Shown piece after piece: positions 26,405-39,699 of a stretch of 63,436 bases of DNA (the stretch's first letter is position 1; each line of letters opens with the position of its first letter). Source of the stretch: Octopus bimaculoides (Eukaryota). The notes under the pieces were generated by a model, which searched no databases, was not told the origin of the DNA, and saw only the letters and a program-made list of their open reading frames with translations. The position numbers were made by a program, and so were the translations under genes. The DNA lies in contig NC_069001.1 of assembly GCF_001194135.2 (NCBI RefSeq), forward strand, positions 29,158,707 to 29,222,142. Reading direction: 5' to 3'.

Positions 26405-27299
26405 AATATTATGAAACCATAAAAAAATAATAACCAGACGAAACAAAAGAAAGATTTACCTCCCCTTACCTTTGCCTAAGAAATATAACATCCCTTTAGC
26501 TAATAAAATGTTTCGTTTCAAACAAACAGACACATATAAACACCACCACCACGGCAAAATTTCTACTGTGCATGAGTTGAAATATGTGACAAATATATTG
26601 CAACTTACAATATACTTATACTTACAATATCCTTAGCGATGACCATTTCTTATTTACCTCGATCGGGCGATCTACTGATCTACTACTAAAAAATTAGTCA
26701 GCGCTTTGACTGAATTATATATAAAGTGACTGCTTTATTAAGTTCGTTTAGAGTTGCCTCCTTTTGATATATCCCATTGACAAGAGTCAAAAACTCCTAA
26801 CATCGATGTCTGGGATTCTTAATAGATAGCGACACTGACCGAACCGGGAGTTTTCACTGCATTTTACCATAAAACAGATTTTTTTTTTCTCCACGGTAAC
26901 TGAAGTTTATTTGCCTTTTAGAAGTTTAAATATGTGACAAACATATTTCAACTTACCTAATTCTGCTGATATTCACTGATCACCCCCTTGACTTGAACTC
27001 TTCTGAATAAACGTAGAACTGATTTCTACCTGTTTCTATGCAAGTCTATATAAGAAAACTATTATGATTTCATAACATTGTGTCATGATTAGCGAAGAGA
27101 AACGGGTCGTCTCTTAAAATGTTATACTGGATTAAACAATTTATATAAATATATCAGATTTATGTGCTTTTACACATTAAATCTTATTTTACACACACAC
27201 ATACACACACGCATGCATGCATAGATAGATAGATAGATAGATAGACTGAACAATATGTAGTTAGATCGATACACCCTAATCAATTAGGATAACCATAGC

Positions 27300-27600
27300 A
27301 GACATTATCATTGTGGGCACGTACACGTGTACATTGCTCGGACTTCCTGCTTGAAACCGTTGCTGATCCATAGTGCAAAGTGTGACATTGGTTGCAACTG
27401 CTTCATTACCACCTTGTGATTCGCCACAGTTCTATCTCTTGATCTCCGACAATAATCGATACTTTACCATCTTTCGCATATTATACATCATCAATTTTAT
27501 CTGACATCCCTCAAAAATCGAAGCATGTCCCTTACATGTAAATAACAGAGCTGTTGTTTTAGCCCCTCCTTGTAACTCTGTTGAACATACATGGCTCCCT
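27300..27600 (-). mobile_element. Possible LINE AP-endonuclease remnant
   Basis: Minus: IIVGDQEIELW (cf. IIGLQETRW) and NVHVYVPT (cf. IIQVYAPT) in the expected order; very degenerate. Confidence 0.3.
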
Positions 27601-28907
27601 TCATTGATGACAACTGCCCTCTATGTCACTATTCACGATTCCTACATATGCTAATATAAATGTGTGTATGCCTGCATGCATTTGCGTGGATTTGTATCTG
27701 CGTGAGCTTCATTTTGACAATATGTGGCGTGAGTTTAGTGATGTGTGTTTCCACCTCCTCACACGCAGTGTGCCTTATTTGGTGATATGTAATTTGTAGT
27801 ATCGCGTCTTACACTTCTTTTATGGATAACCGATATAATAAATCTATTTTTAATTTTAAGGTTTGATTCCTCTCTGTCGAGAATATCTATACAATTATCT
27901 AGAGTAGTTCATAAAGAACATGTTTTCCTGATTCCAATTAAATTCCTGGAAGACGAACTATAAATCCCTGTTGCTGAGTTCAGTTTTATCACAGAAATGT
28001 CTGTTACTGTATCCTCCTCTTTCATGACGATATAATGAAAGGTTTGCGTAGCGCAGTGTCTCAGAGCAAATTATCAAGATTATTACTCCCTCTGCATAAC
28101 TGAAAACATTTTAGAAGAATATATTTAGTAATTCACTAATTGTTGGGGTCTGCATGTTATTGGTTATTTTCTTCAATATATATATATTTTTTCGTTTAAC
28201 GAAGTGATCCATTTTCTTTTTATTCTTTCCAAAGTCTTCCGATAGTATTTGTTTCATTTCGATCTTAAAAAAGTGACTATTTTGATGCAAAACATCTTAT
28301 TGCCATAACCATGTTTATATAAGCGATATAAGTTTTTATTCTTTTCGTCCTCATGCCTCAAGAAATATTATTATCGTGTCAATTAGCTATTCTCTGTGGC
28401 ACAAATATAATTACTTGAAGAATAACACTAAATACTGGAAACACCAAGCACATATATTCGTGCAATGTACAAAGAGTTAAATTAACGTGTACTTTGAGCT
28501 ATTTCGAACTAAAGATTAAATAAATAAACGTAATGTCCAAAATTGTATTTTTGAGTGCTCAAGATAATCTCGTGTACAAACAGTGTTGGCGCATCCCTCT
28601 TTCAAAAGATTTAAAGAAATATGGGAGCTAATGTCAGATAGACAATATTTTCTATATTTGTGTTGAAAGAAATATATTATTTGGAACCTTTCCAATGGTT
28701 TTTACTAGCAATAATTATTAGGATTTCATTTTGCTGAATTATGCTCATTTATAACACTGGCATCTGTTGCTCAGCCTCCCATTCCAATTTTAATAGTAGG
28801 TCATTAATTTTAGCTCAAATCTTTCATAGGATTTGTAATAAAATGCACGTCCCATACATCGGTAAAAATAAGCATACACTAACATATACACACATGAGCA
28901 CTTATGT

Positions 28908-28947
<40 letters not shown>

Positions 28948-28949
<2 letters not shown>

Positions 28950-29137
28950 ACGGAGAATTCACAAAGGAAAACAACAAAAAATCAGAAGACGAAGACAGAT
29001 GGTGTAGACAACAAACAGTTGTATTGGTTTAACGCTCGGAAAGTGAAAAAGTATGTAACATTTGAAGCCTACGCTCTTCCACAGAAAGAAACAGGGAGAG
29101 AAAATAAATAATGTGTAGTGGCTAGCGATCTATCATG
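28948..29137 (-). mobile_element. Short repeat abutting (TA)n, probable Penelope-like terminal repeat with hammerhead-like hairpin
   Basis: Homologous to 54527-54713. Minus strand carries CTTT-CTGTGGAA-GAGC GTAG GCTT-CAAATGTTA (non-canonical core, stem II hairpin). Confidence 0.55.
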
Positions 29138-29401
29138 GTGAATGCAGGACAGAGTGGTCACACAGGAGAGCTAGAAGGAGAGGAGATAATAAAGTAGTGG
29201 TGATCCCGAAACCAAGGTGCGCGTGCATGTGTATAAGAGTATGTATGTGCGTGTGGAAGAGGCTTGGTGACCTTGGCGTGTATGTGTAGGTGTGTGGATA
29301 TAGGGCTGGATGATAGATGTGTATATATATATATATATCTAGATACATATATCTATCTATCTGTTAATAAATCAATCAATGAATCTATCCATCTATCACT
29401 C

Positions 29402-29471
<70 letters not shown>

Positions 29472-29483
29472 TATGTATGTATG

Positions 29484-29521
<38 letters not shown>

Positions 29522-30043
29522 CTTGTGCGTGTGGGTGTGTTTTGGCTGGTTGGGTGTGGGGGTGTACTTCTCTGCGTGTGTGAGTGAGTTTTATAAGATA
29601 TGATTCAGAGAATCATGCGTCTATCATATTAGGCTTCTCGTACGTAAATGTCCACCGTAATATATTCCAATATGACAGGTAGTGGCATGTCCTCATGAAC
29701 GACGCTGCGATTATCATTCAAGTTTCTCTGGCCAGACGATGAATAATAGGAAATCTCTGGTTGTGCACAATACACCAAAGAAAATCAGGATGAATTTTTT
29801 TTTCCTGTTGTTGTTATTATTATTTTTTCATTCTTCTTTACGTAGGGAACAATTGGTTCTTTGAGAAAAACTTGGATTGCCATTACCTAAAGTCTAACGT
29901 CTTTCCCATAAATAACTGTAGCTATTACAGCTCTCACTTGATCACTTGATGCGGACACAGACTTACAAAATACGCCAGCGAAAGACAACTATGCATACTT
30001 ACATACATATACACACATACAGTATATACACACATATATGTGC

Positions 30044-30085
<42 letters not shown>

Positions 30086-31057
30086 NNNNNNNNNNNNNNN
30101 NNNNNNNNNNNNNNNNNNNNNNNNNNNNNNNNNNNNNNNNNNNNNNNNNNNNNNNNNNNNNNNNNNNNNNNNNNNNNNNNNNNNNNNNNNNNNNNNNNNN
30201 NNNNNNNNNNNNNNNNNNNNNNNNNNNNNNNNNNNNNNNNNNNNNNNNNNNNNNNNNNNNNNNNNNNNNNNNNNNNNNNNNNNNNNNNNNNNNNNNNNNN
30301 NNNNNNNNNNNNNNNNNNNNNNNNNNNNNNNNNNNNNNNNNNNNNNNNNNNNNNNNNNNNNNNNNNNNNNNNNNNNNNNNNNNNNNNNNNNNNNNNNNNN
30401 NNNNNNNNNNNNNNNNNNNNNNNNNNNNNNNNNNNNNNNNNNNNNNNNNNNNNNNNNNNNNNNNNNNNNNNNNNNNNNNNNNNNNNNNNNNNNNNNNNNN
30501 NNNNNNNNNNNNNNNNNNNNNNNNNNNNNNNNNNNNNNNNNNNNNNNNNNNNNNNNNNNNNNNNNNNNNNNNNNNNNNNNNNNNNNNNNNNNNNNNNNNN
30601 NNNNNNNNNNNNNNNNNNNNNNNNNNNNNNNNNNNNNNNNNNNNNNNNNNNNNNNNNNNNNNNNNNNNNNNNNNNNNNNNNNNNNNNNNNNNNNNNNNNN
30701 NNNNNNNNNNNNNNNNNNNNNNNNNNNNNNNNNNNNNNNNNNNNNNNNNNNNNNNNNNNNNNNNNNNNNNNNNNNNNNNNNNNNNNNNNNNNNNNNNNNN
30801 NNNNNNNNNNNNNNNNNNNNNNNNNNNNNNNNNNNNNNNNNNNNNNNNNNNNNNNNNNNNNNNNNNNNNNNNNNNNNNNNNNNNNNNNNNNNNNNNNNNN
30901 NNNNNNNNNNNNNNNNNNNNNNNNNNNNNNNNNNNNNNNNNNNNNNNNNNNNNNNNNNNNNNNNNNNNNNNNNNNNNNNNNNNNNNNNNNNNNNNNNNNN
31001 NNNNNNNNNNNNNNNNNNNNNNNNNNNNNNNNNNNNNNNNNNNNNNNNNNNNNNNNN
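30086..31057. other. Assembly gap flanked by (TA)n
   Basis: Seen directly. Confidence 0.99.
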
Positions 31058-31120
<63 letters not shown>

Positions 31121-31449
31121 CATATATGTATATACACATACATATATGTATATACACATAGATATATAAATACATATATACATACACACGTGTATGAATT
31201 TGTGCGTATATACTTATTCAGATACGTTTGTATGCCTGTAATTGCTTTTTTTAACATGGTTATATATGTATAGTCCTTAATGCATATGGGAGTGCATAGT
31301 AAGTATTATATCAAGAGATTTCTATGTAAATACAATTATAATGACAATAATATATAATGTACAGCGTTGTTTAGCTCAATTTCGAAATATTCATAAAAGA
31401 ACTACGATGTATGTAACATACATACGAATCATCATATTAGATTTATTGC

Positions 31450-31640
31450 AGTAACATGATTTATTTCCCTTGGGGAGGATAAACTTCGATATGTACTTAT
31501 CATATGACATACAAGACACATATAGTACACAGTCCGTTAAGTTTATACATTTAGCTATGTTTCCATAGATTAATCTTTGCAGAACTCCTGCCAATATCTG
31601 ATATTCTATACCCAAACATGTTCGAAATGGATTTAGCAAT
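31450..31640 (-). mobile_element. Possible L1/Tx1-like RT remnant
   Basis: GIEYQILAGVLQRL resembles N.DYKILAKVLA.RL; single motif only. Confidence 0.2.
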
Positions 31641-32150
31641 ATGATGAGTTCGCTCTGAACATTTTGTTTTATTTGTGTTTATCGTGTGTGTTTTGTTTAT
31701 AAATTTCTGTTTATGGTTATGATATCTTTCTAAATAAAGCATCCGCAGTTATCTTTTTCTTAGCATTTATGTAGACTGAAATCTTACTAGGTTAATATAT
31801 TTCCTCATTTATTTATTCATTATGTTCCCATTTATATAGAATTATCTTGGCCATATAAATGTGCAAATACATACATACATACATACACACACGCACATAT
31901 ACGCTCACGCAGATACAAATCAACGCAAATGCAGGTAGCCATACATATATTAATACCAGCATATATAGATGTAAATTTGTGGAAGCTATCTGATAAAAGT
32001 TCAGTAGCATCTCGGGACCATATTCACGAATGATGTGAGGTAGCAAACTGAATTTTAGATTCTGGTACTTTAATACTCCAGTTTCAACTTTCTTTCTTAA
32101 AAATAGGAGGGGTTGGAAGAAACCCGAATTTTCTAACTTCAGTTCAGTAC

Positions 32151-32209
32151 ATCTCTGAGTATCCTAACCCATGGTCGGACATTTGGGTTAAAGACCGAAA
32201 ACGTTGGAT
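32151..32209 (+). ncRNA. Degenerate hammerhead-like motif
   Basis: ATCT-CTGAGTA-TCC-TAACCCA(12 nt loop)TGGGTTA-AAGACC-GAAAAC-GTT-GGAT: 7-bp stem II hairpin and 4-bp stem I; core has G8 to U and an extra A. Confidence 0.35.
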
Positions 32210-32379
32210 CGTTAATAGAAGCGGTCAAAATGTTGTTCCTCTGAAGGATGTTTGGAGTAACATTACTCGACTGGTTGCGTGAGAGCATACATACTCTTCA
32301 CATCAAGTCATTACTTTCTCGTACAGAGAGGATACATCTACGGGAACATGCTCAACCGTTTAGAATAGTTTAGTTATAC

Positions 32380-32960
32380 ATTACAAGACAGAATCTTCAA
32401 GCAGAGGCAACCAGCATGAGACCGAGGGATACACAATGAGAGAGATGATTGGATAATGGGTGTAGTCACATTTAATCCTGCTTGTGAATCTTGTATGATG
32501 ATTCATAGTGTGTTTTTTTTTTCTGATGCGACACTGCGGAGGTGCCTGAGGAATCTGGTCTATATTCACTTATATGCAGTGGATAAAAAAAAAAAAAACA
32601 GATCGATATGTAGATATTGTATGTGAGTCGGCGCACGTGTATGTGCGTGTTCGCGCGCGCGCATACTTCTCAACCACATCTTATTGATTGTCTGTAGTAC
32701 GTCATTAGTAATGCTCCAAGACCTTGAGGAAGATTTTGTTCTTACACTATCATACGCAATCATCCCGTCAATTCGGAGCAGAGACTTGTTCAATTCCCAG
32801 AGGCAATGCTGCGTGTCCACCTCCTTGTTCTAAGATAAACTTGTATCTCACCTGCTACATCGATGATGTGAGCGTGTGGCATTCTGTTGTGGGCTACACC
32901 AAGTGTATACAATCTCCATAAGAATTGAGAGAATGGCCATTCCAGGCTAAATTTTCGACG
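32380..32960 (+). mobile_element. LINE reverse transcriptase remnant (clade undetermined)
   Basis: LQDLEEDF (~32715), IPRGNAACPP (cf. .PQG....P), LTCYIDDVSVW (YxDD at ~32855), ELREW...KF in the correct order. Confidence 0.5.
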
Positions 32961-33399
32961 GTCTAATTCAATCACTCATTTCAAATGATTTGTACTAAAA
33001 TTTAAAGTCAATACGGGATGATTTAAACACTCCCACCACACACATGCAAACACACACACACAAATGCACACATATATTAATACACATATGTATGATAAAG
33101 AAATTAGAGGCAAAACAGTGCAAGTTATACAAGTTAACGATACAAATCGATGGTTAATACTGTTACCTTTTATTTCAATATTCCAAAAAAAAAAAAAAAA
33201 AATGGAGAAAATATACTGATAGCTGGTATGTTTGGTCTGTAGTGTGAGTATATATAGAAGTTTGTTTTGCGTCTCTGTAGAATCCAATCCTGGGTATGCG
33301 GTTCAGATCTCATATTAGTTCCCTGGCTGTAATCATTAATGAAAATAAATATTTTATTCTCAATTTTTCAAAGGTTATTTCTCTAGACTCAATGGAAAT

Positions 33400-33720
33400 C
33401 TAGTTGTCTCGAGTGTAGCATTTCGGCGGGTGTTTTTGATAGAAGAACAATTTGTATGAAAGTGCTCTTTGTTCCGTGTAACTACTCGTCTTATGGTTCC
33501 TCTAATATAGAATTTTAGCATGGAGACTCCACTGAGAAGACTCAGTGTGCCACACGTATATTCGACCCATCGTTACAGATCACACGGCGCACTGCAGGAG
33601 CTGTTCCTTCGTTCAATTAACTCAGTTTCACGAAATACATTTTATCCTTGGATTTGCGTGTTTGATTATTTTACCTGATAATGTCCTGACATTTAGTGAA
33701 ATAGGGGGTTAGGGTTAAGG
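33400..33720 (-). mobile_element. LINE AP-endonuclease 5' remnant
   Basis: Minus LNVRTLSGK at ~33670-33700, matching APE motif I (WNVRTL); degenerate downstream. Confidence 0.4.
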
Positions 33721-35606
33721 ATGTACTAACTGTCGAACCTGCGAATCCCGTTTATAATGTACAGTTAGGCCTCTGCATACCGGTTTTCTTTAAAAGTGGT
33801 GATGGATCCGTTTCCCGTGAGTTGAGATGAAAATTTTATATGTTTCTCGATGTTCTCCATTGTAATAGTAACGAATTCATGGAGGTTTCCATATGTGAGA
33901 CCAACGCAGTTAAGTATGTGAGAGGAGGCAATGTGTTCAGTTTGTAAGTGTATTGCAGGTGTCGCAGGGACAGAGTTTTATAAGTAAAACAACGTCCACC
34001 CTAAAATAGCAGTTATATTTCCTGTGTATGTATGGGTTGAAATTCCTCTCTTCATGGAACCATTCGCTTCAGATTTCAACATGTCCTGCGAAAGTTTGAT
34101 GTAGTGGTTTGGTGATCTTAGATAAAAGACAACTGAGTTTTTATAAGTTTCTGTTAATACTAGAGATAATATTTCACATGTGCCTTTGGCGAGATGTCTC
34201 TCTGGTGAGATGATACAAGATGGGGAGAAAACACTGTTAATTTTGATGAACTTATAGCCAATCATGTTCAAGAATCCTTTCTCTTCCCAGATAAGTGTCC
34301 ACCGCGTGTTTACGGTAGCATCCAGCTAGTTAGAAATGATATCATGAAACTTTTTCCATAATGGTGTGTTGTCGGGGTGCTCCAATATAAAATTCCTTTC
34401 ATTTATTGTTATATATAACCAAAAAAATGTTCTCCTCTTGTATGAAAATAAGTTCATAGGATTTCTTTAAATCTAATTTCAAGTATTCAAATTTACATTT
34501 TTATCAGTAAAATCAGGAAGACATGTTTCACAAATTCAATCGCAAACATACAAGTTCCAATTTAATGGGAGTACATTTCTGCACAAAACTGAATGCTACA
34601 TCATACAACGCTCTGAGCATCCAGCCATATTTAGAAAGAACGTTCAAAACTCTAAAATGCATCTGTTTATCCTCACTTATAACAAAAAAACAATATTTTT
34701 AAGCAATGCTCTATCAACACGCACACATTTAAAGATATGCCCGAGCTGAGACGTGCACATATTTAAACACATACAAACACACACATACAACTAGTGCAAA
34801 CAAGTGTCTATCAATCAATATAGAAAATTCTGATTATTTCTGTTTAAGAAAGGGTTTGATAAATATGTTTTATGGATGCTATAGAAATGTGCACATCGAT
34901 CAATTTAATATTCAAAATATTTGCAATGAAGATTTCATATACTAAATATATTGTTTAAATAGTTCATGATTTTGTTGTGTTATTTTTAGATGAATATTAT
35001 TAAAGTTTTTTACAAGTCATATCCAATTACCTATCGTTTTGCAAGGAAATCAGCTAAAATAAAAATAAAAAAAAAATACATGCACAAAAATCAAATTTAT
35101 ATTCTGCAATATATAAACGTTTATATATAGATATATTTTTACGCTTAAATGCATGACTTGGCAATTTTGAACGCATGGTATATAGAAATGTATGCTTACA
35201 TTGTAAATGAAATTTCATATAATATATATGTGTGTGTGTGTGTATATGTATATATACAAGTATGTATGTATGCACGCAATTATGTATCTACAATTGAGTG
35301 TATGTAATTATGTATATTCAAATTTAATACTAAAATATTCTTCTGGATAAACTCTAATCGCTTCCACTATGAAACAATCAACGATGTATTAACGTTCATC
35401 CATTCGTACGAATTTGTGGTATTTTTGTCCATAAAATATATTTTGTTCTGCTATGTTTGCTATATTAATATTTGTTACACAATTTAACTTGGAAAGTAAA
35501 CTAAAATTTATGAACGAATATTTCTGTTGCATTCATGTTTTCATCCAAGTACACGTCAACACAAACATACATTTGCATATATATATATATATATATATAT
35601 ATGCAT

Positions 35607-35706
35607 NNNNNNNNNNNNNNNNNNNNNNNNNNNNNNNNNNNNNNNNNNNNNNNNNNNNNNNNNNNNNNNNNNNNNNNNNNNNNNNNNNNNNNNNNNNNNN
35701 NNNNNN
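35607..35706. other. Assembly gap
   Basis: Seen directly. Confidence 0.99.
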
Positions 35707-36227
35707 TATAAAGTAAAACAAATATTTTTTGCAGTAATCGAACAGATAGCTAAGCAGAGAATAAGCGCAATATAATATGAAACTTGAGAACGAACTTGAG
35801 TTAGGTACATTTAGTAACGAATAAACCAATTTATAATAACGTGGGTGTATGTATGTAAAGAAAATATGGAAAGAGGAATAAAAATACACAATATTTATTT
35901 CCTACGGCAGAAATGTTCATATGGATATATATTATCGATCTTTTTTATACAACTATCGAAAGAAAAAAGAGAAAAAAAAAACATTTATCTTTCTTTTGCA
36001 TAATTTTTACTACTTCTCGTTTACAAATTCCCCAGTGTTTTTCTTTTGTTTTCTTTCCTCTCTGTGGTATATTTCAAAATATTATGCCAGCATTCATTAT
36101 ATTTGTATATTAAATTTATTGTCTTAAAAAATATTTTGTTTTAGTCGTACATAATAAATTACCTTAACATATGAAAACATTGATATTTTCAACGTTAATA
36201 GATACCTACACACATACACAAACGGAT

Positions 36228-36304
36228 AGCACCTGAAGAAGACCATCAAAAAGAAATCGTCAATGCCGGCGACACTGCATGAACTACCGGAAACGTCGGT
36301 GTAA
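36228..36304 (+). ncRNA. Weak hammerhead-like remnant
   Basis: GCAC-CTGAAGA-(50 nt)-GAAACGTC-GGTGT followed by AATAAA. Stem III is the zero-loop palindrome ACGT; stem II is not closed. Confidence 0.3.
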
Positions 36305-36774
36305 TAAATGGACAGATATGTTGGACAGCGTGCACCTAAATGTGTATTACACCTTTAGATTTGAGATCTAATAAACATATGCACAGTTGTTCATATACAT
36401 CTTCTTTCAGACAGATCTTAGGGACTTCTGAAGCATATTATTATGGAGCGTTTGGGCAATATTCCGAGCATTTATACGTTTATGCTATATTTCGCCAGAA
36501 GCTTCTTTCCTGTTATTTATTTCAGAATACTGATATAGTCATCAAAGACTACATTTTTTTGTTACTGTTACACATAAAGCATGTGGTCGACATGAAACAT
36601 GTTAATCCTTACAACTAAATATTTATCGAAATCTTCTAGGAAAACTTCTGTGCATTAATTCCTTGCAGGCTCAGACGATTAGAATCCGCCATCAAATAAA
36701 CATCATGCACCGCATCATGCAAAGTTGGGGTCAATATAATCCGAATAAATGAGATCGATAGTAAAATAAACTTG

Positions 36775-37050
36775 TGATGAGGAGAGCATGGGGTTCTGGT
36801 TGAAAAAGATGACTTTACATTTCGGTGGTTTCGGGATCAGTTCTATCGCTAGGCACCTTAGACAAGTGTCTGAACCAGGATGCGCAGTTTATGTTTGATC
36901 CGATCAAGAAACAGCTTGCTCGTGAAATTAACAAACAAGTGGCTGAGCACTCCACAGACATGTGTACCATTAACGTACTTCTCGGAGAGATTCAGCGTGA
37001 CACAGAATGTGACAAGGCTGGTCTATCGATATACAGGTACAACAGAATCA
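36775..37050 (+). mobile_element. SINE (OR-like head, different tail)
   Basis: GGCACCTTAGACAAGTGTC core, then GATCCGATCAA..CTTGCTCGTGAAATTAAC..GTGGCTGAGCACTCCACAGACA; a deleted copy of this tail lies at ~47690-47750. Confidence 0.75.
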
Positions 37051-37059
37051 GGAACAAAT

Positions 37060-37226
37060 AGTGAGTGAAAGATACAGGGAAACACTACAGCAGGGTCCCC
37101 CTCCTGCCGGAGCCACGTGGAGGTTCAGGTATTTTCTCTCAAACAATCACGACGTCCGGTCTGCAAATCGAAACCGCGATCCTACGACCAAGAGTCCCCT
37201 GTCCGAGCCACTGGGCCATTGCAGTT

Positions 37227-37228
<2 letters not shown>
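37060..37228 (-). mobile_element. tRNA-derived SINE (further family)
   Basis: Minus: GCAATGGCCCAGTGGCTCGG...GGATCGCGGTTTCGATTTGCAGACCGG with A- and B-box-like motifs. Confidence 0.75.
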
Positions 37229-37267
<39 letters not shown>

Positions 37268-37379
37268 AGAAATAATTCAGATTCAGTTGAATTAGGTACT
37301 CAAGTTCAGGTACGAAGTCAATCCGGTATTATACGTACGGCTCGAAGTAAGGTGAACAAATATCAAATAAGACTTGATA

Positions 37380-37757
37380 NNNNNNNNNNNNNNNNNNNNN
37401 NNNNNNNNNNNNNNNNNNNNNNNNNNNNNNNNNNNNNNNNNNNNNNNNNNNNNNNNNNNNNNNNNNNNNNNNNNNNNNNNNNNNNNNNNNNNNNNNNNNN
37501 NNNNNNNNNNNNNNNNNNNNNNNNNNNNNNNNNNNNNNNNNNNNNNNNNNNNNNNNNNNNNNNNNNNNNNNNNNNNNNNNNNNNNNNNNNNNNNNNNNNN
37601 NNNNNNNNNNNNNNNNNNNNNNNNNNNNNNNNNNNNNNNNNNNNNNNNNNNNNNNNNNNNNNNNNNNNNNNNNNNNNNNNNNNNNNNNNNNNNNNNNNNN
37701 NNNNNNNNNNNNNNNNNNNNNNNNNNNNNNNNNNNNNNNNNNNNNNNNNNNNNNNNN
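37380..37757. other. Assembly gap
   Basis: Seen directly. Confidence 0.99.
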
Positions 37758-38129
37758 TATACATTTATAAACATAATTAAGGGATCAGCAAATATTTGCT
37801 TCACCATATACCGAAGTTCAGAAATAGCAGCTAAAAAAGCTGAGACTCCAACAGATAGCATTACTTGTAACTCACAAAGGCAAAAACAAGAAGAAAAAAG
37901 TTCTCCACCGATAATGGTGCTTACATACCGAATGGCTTGGTAAAAATTATTAATTGGTGATTTATTAATAAATTGATAAACCTTTACCCTTTTAATTTGT
38001 AATAATTATATATATATATATATATATATACAGAGAGAAAGAGCGAGCGGAAGAGAGTGATAGTGAGCGAAAGATAAATATAGAGATATGCATTAGTGAA
38101 AGAACAGTATTAATACAAACGAGAGTTGA

Positions 38130-38655
38130 AAATATGTTGAAATACTAAAGAGTAAATGTCTTCAATAAAATTGCTATTGGCTTCAACCACGGACTCGAGA
38201 CGACTGAGAGACCTCCTGAAACCCTTCTGGAAGTTCTCCTTGTTTAAACTGGTGAATGCTGCCTTGTCTCTTGCCTGCAGTTCATCGTTGATCTTCTAAG
38301 AAGTTCTGTCGTCCTTTCGCTTAACTACGCTCCGCACATAATAATTAAAGGGGTTGCAGTCTGTGGAGTTAGGTGGCCAGATTTTAGGGCTGATATAGTC
38401 GCAGAAACTGCCTGAGAGCCATGACTGGGTTTCCCTACTTGTGTGGTATGGTACAAAATCCTGTCGCGAAACATAGCGTCATCCAGCAGCCACTCTCTTG
38501 CCCCAGCGCAGCACTAACTCCTCAGGGCATTTGATGGAGGCCTCCTTGTCGAGGCTGTGGCCGTGTGGTGAGATGAATGGAGGTATACCATCGCCATCAC
38601 TAGTGAATACTCGAAACAGCATGATGTTATCAGGATGTATGATTTTCATCACTTT
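38130..38655 (-). mobile_element. maT/mori (DD37D) Tc1/mariner transposase 3' half, pseudogenised
   Basis: MKIIHPDNIMLFRVFTSDG..IPPF..PHG...RYVSRQDFVPYHT.RETQSWLS..F.DYISPKIWPPNSTDCNPFNY. The second D (38460) to third position (38346) spans 114 nt, i.e. 37 intervening residues; the third D is mutated to N. Confidence 0.9.
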
Positions 38656-38761
38656 CGGTGACCAAGTGACCCTACTATACCGTGTAGTCGATCAAATCAA
38701 AATCTAACAATGCACATACACGAAATTAAAAATATAAGATGGCAAGAATTTACCCATCCCA

Positions 38762-38796
<35 letters not shown>

Positions 38797-39699
38797 ATTT
38801 TATACACACACACATAATATATTCACACATGATATAAATTTAGCTATCTATCAATGAAAGATGGTGTTAACTATCGCTCCTATCAAGCTTGTTGACCTTG
38901 ATTCGTATATCCCTTACACATTTATTTTATTGCAACTGGAGCTGTTGTAATCAGTATTAAACATACTAAGCATTTGCTTTGCTTTCAGATGAATTGCAAG
39001 AATATCTCAACTATATCAGTAAAGAAGGGTGTTTGATTTTACCAACTCCATTCATAGTGAAATTATTTGTATTCCATCAATTTTATTTCGATAATAGAGG
39101 GGCACCACATCACTGATTTGATAAAAGTAACTACATGACAATTGTCATATGAATTCGATTATCAACCGGCATGTTAATTAGACTTCAGATTTACAAAAAA
39201 CAAAAAAAGAAGCATATTACACTCTATGACTACTAATAATGTTCGATTTTGTGTTAATAACATGCCTTTAATCGACATAATAACTGGCTGGCATAGAACG
39301 CAAACATCTATGACAGTCTTTTAAGCATGAAAATTGACGGAAGATATGTAAGAGCTAAGAAATATAATTCAGATAGAAAATGGCTTATATGAAGAGATAC
39401 TGGTTATTGGGGAAGTCTTTAATAAAGTCATATAATGTTTCATATTGATAAAGAATACATATATGTTGATTTTTTTACAGATTTGACAGTATTTGTGTCA
39501 AATGAATTTTAAATGAAATTTATGAGTCTACATCTGAAAACATGATATTGAATATATAATCATTCTAGTGTTGTTTTCTGTCGTAATAGTACATTATCTT
39601 GCATATTAGATTTTGAAGAGAGAGTGAAATACGATTGAAAGGGAAAAATTATTTCATTCTGTTGTCATGAAAGTAAATGTTTACAGCGGTAACAAAGTG

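Noticed and set aside
26957-27045. Minus-strand exon with a strong GTAAGT donor
   Set aside because: All three frames contain stops; at most a non-coding exon, with no support.
32790-32975. Minus-strand exon-like segment ending GCAG|GTGAGA
   Set aside because: Better explained as the antisense of a plus-strand YIDD RT remnant with ordered flanking motifs.
33703-33720. GGGTTAGGGTTAAGG as interstitial telomere
   Set aside because: Only about two units.
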